A stretch of DNA of 64,000 nt from Amoebidium appalachense (GCA_963693365.1 CAVNZM010000008.1:4240310-4304309), one strand, 5' to 3'; positions 1 through 17,581 are shown, counted from the stretch's first letter. The notes: generated from the sequence alone by a model not told the origin. Made by a program: numbers and translations.

Positions 1-877
1 ACCTAAAATCATCTTCACCACCGTCTCCCTCCACGCGGTACGCCGCCGAAACATATTGCCCATCGGATGAAAGCCCGATGCTGCTACTCACACACACCCC
101 CAGATAAACATTGTTGAGAAACGAGCCGCCAATCCTCTGACCCGTTGAAAGGTCCCACAAAAACGACGGCCTGCCTTCATTGTGTGCTGTAGTGACCATA
201 AACTCCCCTGACGGAACGATGAAAAAGGTTCCCGGTGGGGCTCCTTGAAGCTCCACACATTCCAACTCCCTCTGTAGGCTCACAAACGGCGGCACGCGTG
301 ATTCTGACGGCCACGGAAGGCAAAAGTATTCAAACTCTGCTTGGAGTCTTTTTTGCGTGGTGTCATCTTGCGGAAAAACGTACTGCTCGCCCTTTGACCG
401 AAGAAAATCAAGGACGTACTCGAAAAGAACGGGTGAACGGTCAATAAACACGGTTCCGCCTTTGTTGGTTTGTATGGCGTGGCGGCCGCTGAACCAGGCC
501 GCTAGCATCGACTCGGGGAATGCGCACAGTGTTTGGCGGGTGGTGGCGTACACTTTGCCACCCACCTCCAATGATATCCGGTTATTTGCTTGCGCATTTA
601 GTTGCCGCGGAGATTCACGCTCCAGAACAAATTTCTGCCTGCCACACACACAAAAAAAAAATATGTTAACTACACACCAAGCTAAACAAGGGGCGCACCA
701 TAAAAACCGTGCATACCGATTCCAAGTTTAATGACTACTCCGTGTGAACTCAGAGTAATGCAGGGACAAACTTGAATGCTCGTTCCACCGTCAAGCATAA
801 TACAGATTGAATTTCAGCTCCAGTGTTTCCGAGAATGGGGAGAACCCCCCCCCCCCCCCCAAAAAAAAGGGGGGAAA

Positions 878-913
<36 letters not shown>

Positions 914-1596
914 TAAAAGTGAGAGGTTGTATGTGTATGAGCATGTATGTCTGTGGGATGGGTATCGTTGCGACAAGGGGTGAAGGGGTACTGTTGGTGG
1001 AGAAGAGAGAAAAGGTGTTTAGAGAACTACAAGCAAGAAAATAGATTTGAGGGCAAAAAAACGTTCATGTGGTTATAACGTACGTGAGTATGTAAGCGGT
1101 AGTTTGTGTACATACGCGCACATAATTGTGTCCGCACATGTGTGTTTGTGGGGAGTGTTTGCATGTATTTGCACGTATGAAGTAAATCATGATGCGTGGA
1201 AGTGTTCAAGTGTGCCTGTGCCCTTCAAGTATGCACGATTCTGTGTGCACCCAGTTTGTGCGTACCCCCCATGTCTGTGTGGTTGGAAGGGCGGTAGGGG
1301 TGCCTGGGGGGGGGGAGGGGGGGGGGAGGGGGGGAGAGGCCCAAGGTAGTGGGGGGGGGGGGGGGGGGGGAGGGGAGGAGGGGGGCTGAAGAACGAGAGG
1401 GGTGGAGGGGCTAGGGGGGGGGGGGGGGGGGGGGAGGGAGAGAGAGAGGGAGGAGCAGGAGGTAACGGTATGGATTGCAGACACCAACGAAGAAATCGTG
1501 CTGTACCATAGAATTATAGCAGGCAAACACAAACACAACTTCACACCTGAAGGATTAATTCGTAGCAGAGGGTTGGATAAAGGGCGGGGGGGGCGG

Positions 1597-1647
<51 letters not shown>

Positions 1648-2461
1648 CCTTTGTGATGAGCATAGTCTGGCTCGAGTGGTTTGTGTTTTACTGTGCCAGA
1701 GTATGTACGAGTGCATGCAACAGCGTCTTGGTTTTAGAGCCTGCGTGCACGTGTGCACACTGTATGCACTCATTTTGCGTTGACACGCACGGGGATGTGT
1801 TTAAGTGCATTCGCTATATCGTCAAACACATGCACACAAGTTCTAGGCATACTCTGAGTACGTGTGCAGAAAGTCACACACTGCCTGCTTGGTGCAAGTG
1901 CATGGGAGTAAGATTGCATTAATCTGGTGAAATTCGAAAGTTGAAAACATAGTGTTGGGTAGAGACGGGAAGGCCTAGTGGGGCAGATGCGGTGAAAACC
2001 TAGGAGGCGGGGAGTGTAGGGAATGGATGGCCCAAGAAATCAATGAGAAAACCTCGTATGCCTCTCTGTTTGAGGAAAAAGTATGTGGGCACCCTAAGTC
2101 CGCCCGTCGTGTCCCTTTCTTCTCCATTTCTCCTTTATGAACAAGCCCTATTGTTTCCTTGTTACCAGTGCCCAAGCCCCTCCCTCCCTCCCCACAATCA
2201 TCCAGGAGTGTGAGAGAACAACAAAGAACAGAAACCAACAACCTTCCACTGTTCCTGCCCTTCGAGCCAAAACCACTAGCACACAAGACACACACACACA
2301 ACCACACACCTTTCATCTTCCAGCTCCTTCCTCTCTCGCTGCAGATCTTGCTCCTTCTTCTTCTCACACAGCTCACTAGCCAACCCACTCAACCTAACCA
2401 GCGTGCCCGTCCCATTTTCCTCCAGCTGACGGCACTCAGCGAGAAGCGTTTCTGCTGCCAT
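1..2461 (-). CDS. KCTD-type BTB/POZ (T1) protein with N-terminal coiled coil and WD40-like repeats; exons 2461-2310 and 638-<1 (partial, runs off window)
   Basis: Manual minus-strand translation. Exon 1 reads MAAETLLAECRQLEE...QRERKELEDE, AG|gtgtgt. Exon 2 (cag| at 639, phase 2) is open to base 1: RISLEVGGKVYATTRQTLCAFPESMLAAWFSGRH...VFIDRSPVLFEYVLDFLR...RLQAEFEYFCLP (KCTD BTB signature), then FLWDLSTGQRI and IGLSSDGQYVSAA (WD40-like). TTTATAAA at 2509-2516. Confidence 0.85.
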
Positions 2462-2925
2462 GAGTTGTGTGCTATAGAAAGTAAAGCTTTTGTTTTGGGG
2501 CCGCACGGTTTATAAAGAGGGATTTCGTCAATGTGAAACTCTAAAACTGGTCACACCCGGCAACTTCTGAGTTGTGTTGGTGAACACGGTCGACGTTCGC
2601 GACGATGTTTGCCAACGGCTATTTTTAGCACATGCCGCGCGCTGCATTCACGGCCTCAACCGAAGGAGGCTTTGGCTGCATTCTGGGGTCACGACAAGAT
2701 AAAAATATATATTACAAAAAGTGATAGAAGTAGGTCATCCTAATTTACGAATACAGAGGGAAACACCAAAAAAAGTGGATCTTTGGTTGCTCATTTCAGT
2801 TCCGGCACCGGAAAAGAAGACTGGGAGAAGAGGAAAGGGATGGGAAGAACACCACACACGTTTGTAGCTCTGGTTCCGAGTTTTAGTCGGCAAGGCACCT
2901 GGGTAAAAAGAAAGAAAAAAGCGAT

Positions 2926-2964
2926 GATACTATCTTTGAAAGGAGGGTGGTGTTTTAAAACACC
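2926..2964 (-). terminator. Histone 3' stem-loop (2964-2949) plus downstream element of H2B
   Basis: Minus strand GGTGTT-TTAA-AACACC-ACCCTCCT-TTCAAAGATAGTATC, 51 nt after the stop; 6-bp stem and 4-nt loop as in histone stem-loops. Confidence 0.85.
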
Positions 2965-3015
2965 AATTTTCTCACCACTGGTAGCCCTGAGTGAGTGTTG
3001 TGTGCAAGCAGCCGT

Positions 3016-3393
3016 TTACTTGTTGGAGGTGTACTTGGTGACGGCCTTGGTGCCCTCGGACACGGCGTGCTTGGCAAGCTCACCAGGAAGGAGCAGGCGC
3101 ACGGCGGTCTGAATCTCGCGGGAAGAGATGGTGGACTTCTTGTTGTATAGGGCAAGCTTGGACGCCTCACCAGCAACACGCTCGAAAATGTCGTTAACAA
3201 ACGAGTTCATGATAGACATGGCCTTGGAGGAGATGCCGGTGTCGGGGTGCACCTGCTTGAGCACCTTGTAGATGTACACGCTGTAGCTCTCCTTTCTCTT
3301 CTTCTTTTTCTTCTTGTCGCCCTTCTTGGCGGCAGCGGCGGCGCCGCCCTCACCGGCCTTCTTCTCGGCTTTCTTTCCACCCTTGGGAGGCAT
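3016..3393 (-). CDS. H2B: Histone H2B, intronless
   Basis: [40 protein letters not shown]...[23 protein letters not shown]. Confidence 0.99.
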   Translation of the reverse strand: MPPKGGKKAEKKAGEGGAAAAAKKGDKKKKKKRKESYSVYIYKVLKQVHPDTGISSKAMSIMNSFVNDIFERVAGEASKLALYNKKSTISSREIQTAVRLLLPGELAKHAVSEGTKAVTKYTSNK

Positions 3394-4075
<682 letters not shown>

Positions 4076-4132
4076 GCACGCAGCTTTTCTGCAGACACGT
4101 GGGATATGTGCTCAAGGCACGTGACCAAGATA

Positions 4133-4169
4133 GGTGTTTTTAAACACCACACCCTTCAAAGCTATTATC
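4133..4169 (+). terminator. Histone 3' stem-loop (4133-4148) plus downstream element of H3
   Basis: GGTGTT-TTTA-AACACC-ACACCC-TTCAAAGCTATTATC, 57 nt after the stop. Confidence 0.85.
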
Positions 4170-4445
4170 CTACCCCCCCCCCCCCCCCCCATATTGCAGC
4201 ATTTCGTGTACATATGGGATGGGACTAGGGGGTGGACACCTGCCCCTCTTGGGTGGGCTCTACCGGAAACTTGTCGTATGGAAGACACAGGCACAGAGCA
4301 TACCAGTGACTAAGTGTCAAGTCCAGAGACACGCACATACTTCAAAAAAAAAAAAAAAAAAAATTCTACACAAGCACATAGAGAAATGCACACCACGCGT
4401 ATGTGACCCCAAAAAAGCCACACACGCACGCGCTACAGCGCGCAT

Positions 4446-4512
<67 letters not shown>

Positions 4513-5213
4513 GACACATCAGTGCACGTGGGCACTGTATACAGATATACTGGGCAACACACACGCTACAACCAAAGACACAAGTTTTCCCAGGGCATGG
4601 GAAGTAATACCAACAATACCCCCCCCCCTCCCCTCCCCCCCCTTCGAGTCCCCCCGGCGCCCCCCAAGCCCTTCTCCCCTTCCCGTTGGATCCTACCCCG
4701 TGGGGTCTCGAGCTCTCAATTAAATGCCTGGTGCAGGCACGCTCTCTAGAAGCATATGCTCAAGTCGCGCATATACACACCTCTGTCCTTCTCATTCTTC
4801 CCCGCTGGTCCCCCCCACCAGACCCCACCCACCCCCATCCCCCACCACCACCAACACCACCCCCTCCCCCGGGGAGTCGGCGGGGACCCTCCCCTCCCCA
4901 ACTTCCCTCTCTGGCCTACGTAGACACGTGCACACACGCAGCTACAGTCACGGCACACACAGATATATATTAGACGATAAGCACCGTGACTTACGGTCAC
5001 ACACACGCCTCCTTTTCAAGTAGTTACGGTGTGCATGTAGACGCAGTGACCCACAAACACACACACACACATGGCATGCCACACACATCACACTGGGTCA
5101 CACATATGCATTTATGTGCACACAGTGAGCACGATAACCGTTTCCCCCACCGTCGGGGCAAGGAAAGGACAGGTGCACGGCCTTGAGCTAAAGTTTTTTT
5201 TTTTTTTTTTTTC

Positions 5214-5250
<37 letters not shown>

Positions 5251-5836
5251 GGCACCGCCAAAGATAGGTGAGAGGGTGGTGTATATGGGGTGTGGGGAGA
5301 TATGGAGGACTCCGCAGGGGGCAGGGTGGCGGGGAGACCACCAAGGAGCATATTAGAAATGTTTTCTGCTGCGCCCACTCTTCCCCCCCCACCCCCTGCC
5401 CCCGGCCCCGTCCCACCCAACTCCTTTTCATATGCACAAACACACACAGCAAGATTTTGAAGCCAAAGTTAGAGAAAGGGGTAATATCACATGATTTGCA
5501 TTTAACTAACGCTAAATAGTGTGGGCACCCGTCGGGGGCAGTGGACAAGCTTGTGGGGGAGATGGCTTGGGCCGGTGCCATCTTAGATGAGTGACCCTTT
5601 CTCCCATGCATCGGGCCCAATTGTTATCTTGCTTAAAAAGGGCGGGGCAGGGGGAGGGGGGGGGGGGGGGGGGGGGGGGATGTGACTGGTTTGAGTACTG
5701 AAGGGTGGGATGCTTGCAGTGAACCTCCGGAGATAGAGGGCTCGTAGGGTGCGTGGTTGTGAGTTCCAAAGGCTGGATTGTTTGCTACGTGCAGCGTGAG
5801 CGCATGTGTGCATGTGTGCATGTGTGCATGTGCGCG

Positions 5837-5889
<53 letters not shown>

Positions 5890-6453
5890 AATCCCCCCCA
5901 TCCCCCCCCCCCCCCCCCCCTTTTTTTTGGGGGGGGGGGGGGGGGTGTGTGCACGTGCACGAGGGGAGCGGGGGGGGTTCGGCACCATAGGTACACTAGA
6001 GTGTCTAGACTGAACCTGGTTTTTTGTCGCACCCTTGTATCGATATCTGTTTCTATTTTGTGCCTGGGTGTGTTCGGAAAATGGGACAGGGAAGGGAAGG
6101 GAAAGGATTCCGAAGAAGCTTTAGGGGGATGGGGGAAAAAAAAAAAAATCTTTTTTTCTTTTTTTTTTTCCCCAGGGGGGAGGGGAGGTGATTGTGGGGC
6201 AATGATAAGCTAATAAATCCTGAGTGACTGGTTGGTAATTGAGTTATCAGCATAGCACACTTGCATGTGTGGACGGTGGGTAGGGATGGCAAGGCTTGTG
6301 ACTTGTCGAGGCAAGGGAGAGGACTGGACGGGTTGCCGAAAGAAAGGGGCATATATACTTGTACACACTCACAGGTATGCGCACTCGGAAGTGTGTAGGG
6401 GTTAATCCGGGAGGGGTTGGGCTTAGGGTTGGGACTTGGGAGTTTGGGGGAAA

Positions 6454-6489
<36 letters not shown>

Positions 6490-6993
6490 GGTGCAAGTAT
6501 TGAAGTGCGTAATAGGAAATAGCTTTTTTGTGTTTGGTGGGGGGAGGGGTTAGTAAGAAGAGTTGGCCAGCCTACTGAATTACGAGGGAGAAAAGGCAGC
6601 ATGGGTATAGCAGCGGTGAACAGAAAGGCAAGTAGCACATACCCACAACACACACCAAAAAAATGTGATGCTGCCTACTGTTATTTGCCTTGCTTCCGAG
6701 GTATACGTTACGACCATTAATACCCCCCCCCCCCCCCCCCCCCTTCCCCCCTCAACCCCCCACACAAACACCCCACCTCCCTCCCTCCCCTCAGTGGCCC
6801 CCACCCACCCAAAGCTCCGAGAACCTACAAACACAACAATTCTATCCTGTCCCGTTGTTTGGTAGAGACACCGAATCCATAACCCAGTCTAGCTGCTTGA
6901 AAGGCGTTCCAAAGCCAAGAGTCACTAGAAAACTAATAATTCATAACAAAAACTTGTCACCCAAACACCATAAACAGTAGGTGAACAATGCAC

Positions 6994-7031
6994 GATAAAA
7001 CCTTTCAAAAAGTGTGGTGTTGAAAAACACC
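6994..7031 (-). terminator. Histone 3' stem-loop (7031-7016) plus downstream element of H4
   Basis: Minus strand GGTGTT-TTTC-AACACC-ACACTTT-TTGAAAGGTTTTATC, 48 nt after the stop. Confidence 0.85.
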
Positions 7032-7079
7032 CTTTTGTTTCTTGTCTGTGCAAGTAGTAAACGGCAAAAGCACTGCAGT

Positions 7080-7570
<491 letters not shown>

Positions 7571-8085
7571 GTATCGAGAATGCCCGATCCGGCGGGGCAA
7601 ATGAGTCCATGGGTCCAACGCTGATATCGGTCAATATTATTGCGTTTTGAAACGAGATCTTCCTGGAAAAGGCAATGTTCGGTGTAGTACTATCAGCAAG
7701 GTAGCTAATAAACTTTAGACTTTTTCTTCCATACCTTAAACTGTCAACTGACTCCTCTCCCATCACCGCATCAGCAACCGTTCCTCAGGCGCGGCCTTAT
7801 TCCCTCCCCCTCCCCCCAAAATACCACCAGTACACGCGCACGCACACAAACCTCAGATATCGGTCCGGGAGGTGTTGTTACGTGAAACATTAACAACTGG
7901 GTCGCGCATACGCATTTGACTCTTTCAATACTTCTGTGTATGCCTTTTGGTGCCTGTGTATGTGTGGTGGCGGTATGTATATGCCGGTGTTGGTTGTCTT
8001 TCTTTTCTTCCCCCCCTCCCCCTTCACCCCCCTCCCCTCCTCCCCCTTCACCCCACATTTTTGTTGTTCCGAAGGCGGGCGGCCG

Positions 8086-8121
<36 letters not shown>

Positions 8122-8129
8122 AAGGGTGT

Positions 8130-10392
8130 GGGGAGGCTACTCCCCATTGGTTTTCTTTACACGATTTTACAGGCTACTATGGATTGTGCAAAATAGCACG
8201 ATATCTGTGCCTTGGAAAAGGGAAAGACATGCATTTCGTGCTTTGCTGTCTGGCCACTGTGCTGGCGGGGGAAACCAGGCCGGTGCTTTTCTGCTGTCAG
8301 ATTCGAGCTTTCAAGTGGGTGTAAAATACATCAGGTCACCGGTTTAAATTTGTTGGCCACAATTCAATCTCATGACACCAGCATAATCCGAAACTTTCTT
8401 CTTCTTCTTTCTTCTCTAGTTATCATTTTCCAGTTTCAGTTTGGGAGCCCTCGTAGTTGTATCAGCATTTTTGCACCTAGAACTTCACCAAAACCAAGGC
8501 TAAAAAAAAAAGCATTATGCTGTAAAATGCAATCTTAATAAGCCAACAAAGTGAAACTTGCATACAGTAAGTTGTCAATGAACTGCCTACTCATCACAAC
8601 GAACCATTTAGCGCCTTCATCCAATGGAATCGAAACCCGCAATTGATATCGATCACCAGCTCCTTTTACCCTGAAAGCTCTGCAGAGAGAGACACAGTTA
8701 ACGAAAATGGCTCACAGTGCTAAGGAAGAAAGCACCTACAACCCCGCGGCAGAGGATTGAGTGATATCAAACACACACTGCACAGACCTGCTTGCCCACA
8801 TCTTCTCGTTCCTGCCCGACACAAACACACGCCTCGCCTGCACCCTCGTGTGCAAACTGTGATGTGGAATCGTGTGACAGGGCTTTAAGAGCCAGCCAGT
8901 ATTTTTTTTTGCAGAGTTATTCAAATTGTTTGAGAATCTGGAGTGGCTGTTTTCTCGTCAACAACTTGACGTTTCAACAGGGTCTTTTCGGCATTTGATT
9001 TGCGTATGGTTCATTAAGTTTGTCAAAAGTAAAGGAAGACCCAGGGAGTACACATTTTCATACCACGAGCGCTACTTTGGGTGGAAGACGAACAGCACTG
9101 CCGGAAGGCATGTAACCGTTCTGGATGATGACGGAAGCCTTCTGCGGGGCGGCAGCGCTAAGAACATCTTCCAGCTTAACGTTTAACCTCAGTATGTACC
9201 CACATGGACCCCCAGTGTGTGCGTGTGTGTGTGGCCAAAGCTTCCCTGCTGCTTGTGGTCACCGGGTGGCCGTGTGTTAAACTTTGCACAGTTTCTGTAT
9301 CATCAAGATTATGATTGCGCGGTAGAACAGCCTGGTACCGGTGTCTGTTGCAGAACGTTTTTACCTCCAAATAGGTGTTTCAACTTAGGTTTCAAAGTGA
9401 GTACATATCGTGTGAGAAAGCTCATGCTTTAGGTTTATAATTGTGCCACTACACATATGTGCGATGCTTCATGTTGTGCCACTGAGTACTTTTCTGGATA
9501 CATACATACATCATTGGTAACGTGCTAACAATTGCCAGTACGTATACCATGAACGTTGCAACCCATCTCAGAAAACTTTGTCACTGAGTGTCAACTGACT
9601 CTATAGCAATTCCTACTGAAATAAAACTCTTTGAATACAGCACGGTGCACTGTACGACTATTTTTATAATACTATGATTTAGACTATACCGCTGAGTATC
9701 CGTTGAAATCCCCCCCTCCCTCCCCCCCCCAAACACACACACACACTAACCCCCCCCCCCCCCCCCCCCCCTGTATACGGTCTTTTTTATTTAAAAAAAA
9801 TACTGTTAGTAAATAAATAGAATAATTGAAAAAAGCCTTTTTAAGGTGGTGGTGGTGATGGCCTGGGCCCAGGTAAGCAAGATTCTCTTGAGATCATATG
9901 GTGCACCATAGCTCCATTTGAAACTGGCCACCACCACTGAATCACAAAACTTCTTGGTATTTGCCTGTTGTAGATTTGTTCGTAGCCCTAAATTGCCCGT
10001 TGAATACATCACCTACCACCGTCACTGAATTGATTACCTGCTATCCCTACTCCTAGGCCAATATACTGGCGATGTTGTCATAAAAAAAAACGGTATCAAG
10101 ATTTCAACACGTGCAATGATAAAGGATGGGCCCAAGGAACAGATGCATACCAAAAGAAGGAACATTGTTCTCTGGCAAAATAGAGGGGGGAGTGGGGTGG
10201 GGGGGGGGGGCGAGGGGGAGCATGAGGCGTGTGTGGGTAGGGTTGGGAGAGATACACAGGCAGGGCATCATGCTGGCGGGAAATAGAGGAGGAGTGGGGC
10301 TTTGAAGAGGAGGGTGCTGAGGAGGGAAGAGATGCCATATGTAGCAGGTTAGAAAACGGGTTGGTTGAATTGGGTTGGGTGGAGCGGTGGTG

Positions 10393-10426
<34 letters not shown>

Positions 10427-12200
10427 CTGCTTTTGCAAGATACTGCCGACGCGCTATAAGTGAAACAAATGCTGGAATCGCTCTGCATGCAGTGGAAGGT
10501 GTGTATGTGCTTGTGTGCTTCTGCAACACCTTTACAGCATATTCTACCGTTACCTGTATTCACGCACATTGCACAACAATTATCTCTGTAAATTACACGG
10601 TTGCTTTATAACTGACCATATATATTTTCTATAGCAATCTTGAGGCTCAATTTTTGTGTGACCCTCTAGCCTGTTCCTCAATCAAAATCTGTGTGTGTAG
10701 AACCTACGGCCATAAATTCTAGGGGATTTTTTGAAGTCTGATTCTTTGTGCGGAGCGCACGTAGATGCATGCGTGGGTGTGGGGGGCCTTGGGTGCTGCA
10801 CGTATCCGGGACCGTGTAGGTAAATTCTTCGAGAATAAGATTGGGTAACAGTATCTTCTAAAATGTGGGTGGGGGGGGGGGGGGGGGGGTTCTTATGTCC
10901 CCCCACGGGGGATGGGGGCGGTTGGGGAGGGGGAGGGGGAGGAGGGGGGTGCCAGGGGGAGGGGTGGGGAGTCTCTCGAAACAGGCAGCACGGAAAAGGT
11001 GGGTTGGGTAATTTTGTTTTTTCTTTCTTTCTTATTTTCTCTCAACGGGGGGGAATGGGAAGAGGGGGGGGGGGGGGGGGGGGGGGGGGGTGGAGGGATG
11101 GGTGGTTAGGTGGATGGTTTGTTTTTTTTGTGGGGGGGGGGGGGGGGGGGGGGAAGGGGGGAGGAGGGGGAGGGAGAATTGCAGGCGGGATTATGTGAAC
11201 GTGGAGATGGCGCCAGTCACTGAGTTGGAACACAGCATTTCCTAACATACTATTTATAGGTTTGTGCATGTGTGCGGAGTTGCACATGTCACTCGTGTGC
11301 ATGTTCTTTTGTGCCTGTGTGCATGTGTGTGTGTGCCTTTGTGTGTATGTGTGTGTGTGTGTGTCTGCCTTGCGCAAGGGCGTGTGTGCCTCCATATGTG
11401 AGTGTGTGTGAGTGTGCGTGTGTGTGTGTGTGTGTGTGTTCACACACGTACGCGGTTTGTGTCTGGTGTGTAGGTGGCGGTTTGTTTTGAAGGAAGTGTT
11501 TGCATGTGTGAGATGTGCCGATGATGGTGATGATATGAAATTTTCATGTGCCCGTATCCTTCACTATATGGCTGTTTTTGATCCACGGCATTGCTGTTTG
11601 TGTATCCTTCAGAAACAGAAGGGAAGGAGAATAGGCGCAAAATGGGCCTGAGAGCACTCTTTCTTGAAAGGCGAGCTATGTAGGTCTCAGTCGTGTTAAA
11701 TCTAACTATCCAGGAGTAAGGGGGGGGGGAGGGTCGGGGGGAAGGAGAAGGTGGCCCCACCGGGGGGGAGGGGGGGGGAGGGGGGGAGGATCGGGGGTGC
11801 TGTGGGGGGGGGGGGGGGGGGGGGGGGGAGGGGGGGGAGGGGGAGGGGGGGGAGGGAGGGGGGGGGGGGGGGGGGTTGGAAGAGCGGGGAAGGTTGGGGT
11901 GGGGGGCAAGCACTAGTGCGTGTGTACGTGGACTGTTTGCGGATGCATGGGTTTATGTGGTAAGACTCTCTGCTGCATATGTGTGGGTACGCATTTGTTC
12001 GGCATGTGTGCATGTCTAGACATGGTGCATGTGAGCACTTGACTGCACTAGACATGGTGCATGTGAGCACTTGACTGCGTCCGCGCGCACGCGCATGTAT
12101 GTGTGTGTGTGTTTGTGTGTACACGCGCGCTTGTACTGATGTGTGTGCACGCGTGGGCGAAAGCAACCACGAGCATATTATGTGTCTGTTGGGGGGGGGG
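8130..12200. repeat. Tandem segmental duplication, copy A
   Basis: Colinear similarity to 12580-16060: 8170-9180 vs 12652-13915; 9875-10165 vs 14680-14990; 11430-11715 vs 15100-15385; 11910-12170 vs 15630-16030. About 1.2 kb (10170-11400) is present only in A. Boundaries approximate. Confidence 0.8.
8707..9186 (+). pseudogene. F-box protein pseudogene (paralog of 13204-13919)
   Basis: MAHSAKEE...DLLAHIFSFLPDTNTRLACTLVCKL; in-frame TGA at 8758, 8860 and 8875; roughly 250 bp of the paralog's middle is missing. Confidence 0.85.
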
Positions 12201-12458
12201 GGGGGGGGGGGGGGAGGGGGAGGGGCGGGGGGAGAGTCAGAGCAGGAAGTCAGTGCCCTCCCCCCCCCCCCCCCCCCCCCCCCCCCCCATTCCCGCCCCA
12301 TTATTTTTCTTTCAGCCTAAGGCTTGGAAGTCCCTAGAATCTTTACTTTTTTTCAAACTTCTAGCACCGTTTTCTTATAGGTGATTTATCTGTCTTAATA
12401 CTTGTTGTGACTTTTTTCTTTTCTTGTTTTTCTTATTTCTTTTTCTTTCTTTCTTTTT

Positions 12459-12468
<10 letters not shown>

Positions 12469-12489
<21 letters not shown>

Positions 12490-12492
12490 GGG

Positions 12493-12580
<88 letters not shown>
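12469..12580 (+). repeat. ~110-nt poly-G tract at the duplication junction
   Basis: Longest G run in the window, with a single A at 12495; exact length may be assembly-dependent. Confidence 0.8.
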
Positions 12581-16060
<3,480 letters not shown>

Positions 16061-16064
16061 GAGA

Positions 16065-16097
<33 letters not shown>

Positions 16098-16450
16098 AAG
16101 GGGGGCGTCTTCAAGACTCGGACGCTGCGTGGTTTTTGCGAGATGTTTGTATTGTCAGCCTACATATACGATACATGTGCAGCCGACCCAATAATATGCA
16201 TGGAATTGTACGTGTATTATTGCTATATGTAGACACATCACAGATGCGCTAAAATTTCAGGAAAAAAGGTATCTTTGCCGGCTGTTTAGGAAGGGTTCTT
16301 TGTATGCTGTTGCTATATTCTGTATCAACGTACGACCGTACATGTCTGCATTAATAATATCGTGACTGTTAAACAACCATTCGTGCATGTTTACAATATC
16401 AGATTCTAAGGAGCGCTGCACTGCAACTCAGTGTTACAAGTGTAATTGTG

Positions 16451-17581
16451 CTACACAGCCACCAAAACAACAAGCAGAGCTGCAATGAACACGTGCCAGC
16501 TTGCCTTCAGGCTACTACCCGAGTTCTGAAACCACACAAACGTATTGGACATGGGCCCAACCATCGTCTGTGTGCTCAGTTTTCCATCCGAACCACCCAG
16601 AGAAACAAACACAAAAACCTCCTGAGGACCATTCAGATCACCGATAAGAACGGTACCGTTTACCATTTCTTTGTCGTATTTGATTGTTGCAGATGAAACA
16701 TCATTAAACAGAGTGCTCCTAACTCCACACCAGTTTCTTGTTCTCATTAACCCATTGGGGAGAGACCGTTGGCGTGCCGCATCACTTCCGTTTGCGACCT
16801 GGACGGTGTACACTTGCAGATTGCACTGTTGAGGGTTATTTGCGCAAAACTCGTTCACGTTTTCCACCGTGACTTTTACCAAGTATGACGGGGTGGTGTT
16901 GTTCCACGTTACCACCTGGTTTGCATTCGAGCGGAGGTCTTGTCGGCTGAAATTCTGAAAGGGAGGAAGGGTTTGAACGGACCAGTAGGGAGACGTTTCG
17001 TTGTCTGTCTTTGTGGTGTTTGCGAGGGTCAAGTACGCGATGATAGAGAAGGCAATAGGCTGTCCTGATATTGTTCGGATACGAATACTGTTTGAGGTGC
17101 TGTTGACAAACAAGGCCTGTGTGTTGTCCGCCTCCGGGCTGGTGTAGGGGCTGGGGAAATATTTATCGAACTGTAACTGATGGGGGTTGTCGGTGGCCTC
17201 GCGATATGCACACTGCCCCACGCTGACGTTGTATCCACGTGCAAAACAAATGGGTCTACCCTCCGTCGTTACATCGAAGGAATATGTTTTGTTTTGGCGG
17301 GAGGAGGTCGATTCAGGCACCCATTCAACAACAAGGTCGTTAATGTACGATTGTTTTCCAACCGCACACGGCAGGATGGAGATTACTGCACCGCCCAGAG
17401 CCAGCTGATGGGAGAAAAACTGTTCAAGAAGAAAGGTAAAAGTGGTGTTTGCGGGGACATCAACTGTTATCTCCTGGCCGTTTGTAAGAAGAAAATCACC
17501 CGTAGCGCCAAGGGCTGATGGGATGAAGGCGCTCGAAACGGCCAAAGCTGCACCGATGAAACGAGACATCGTGGAGTTCAT
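16451..17581 (-). CDS. Intronless predicted GPI-anchored surface glycoprotein (~376 aa), unknown family
   Basis: ATG at 17581 or 17569; signal peptide MSRFIGAALAVSSAFIPSALG; about 10 N-x-S/T sequons; C-terminal NSGSS followed by hydrophobic tail WHVFIAALLVVLVAV; TATATAAA near 17760-17767 and CCAAT near 17820 on minus strand. Confidence 0.85.
   Translation of the reverse strand: MNSTMSRFIGAALAVSSAFIPSALGATGDFLLTNGQEITVDVPANTTFTFLLEQFFSHQLALGGAVISILPCAVGKQSYINDLVVEWVPESTSSRQNKTYSFDVTTEGRPICFARGYNVSVGQCAYREATDNPHQLQFDKYFPSPYTSPEADNTQALFVNSTSNSIRIRTISGQPIAFSIIAYLTLANTTKTDNETSPYWSVQTLPPFQNFSRQDLRSNANQVVTWNNTTPSYLVKVTVENVNEFCANNPQQCNLQVYTVQVANGSDAARQRSLPNGLMRTRNWCGVRSTLFNDVSSATIKYDKEMVNGTVLIGDLNGPQEVFVFVSLGGSDGKLSTQTMVGPMSNTFVWFQNSGSSLKASWHVFIAALLVVLVAV

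Noticed and set aside
8758-8877. Three in-frame TGAs suggesting stop-codon reassignment or selenocysteine
   Set aside because: They align to L, W and R in the paralog, accompany a deletion, and TGA ends the P4H-like gene; ordinary pseudogene decay.
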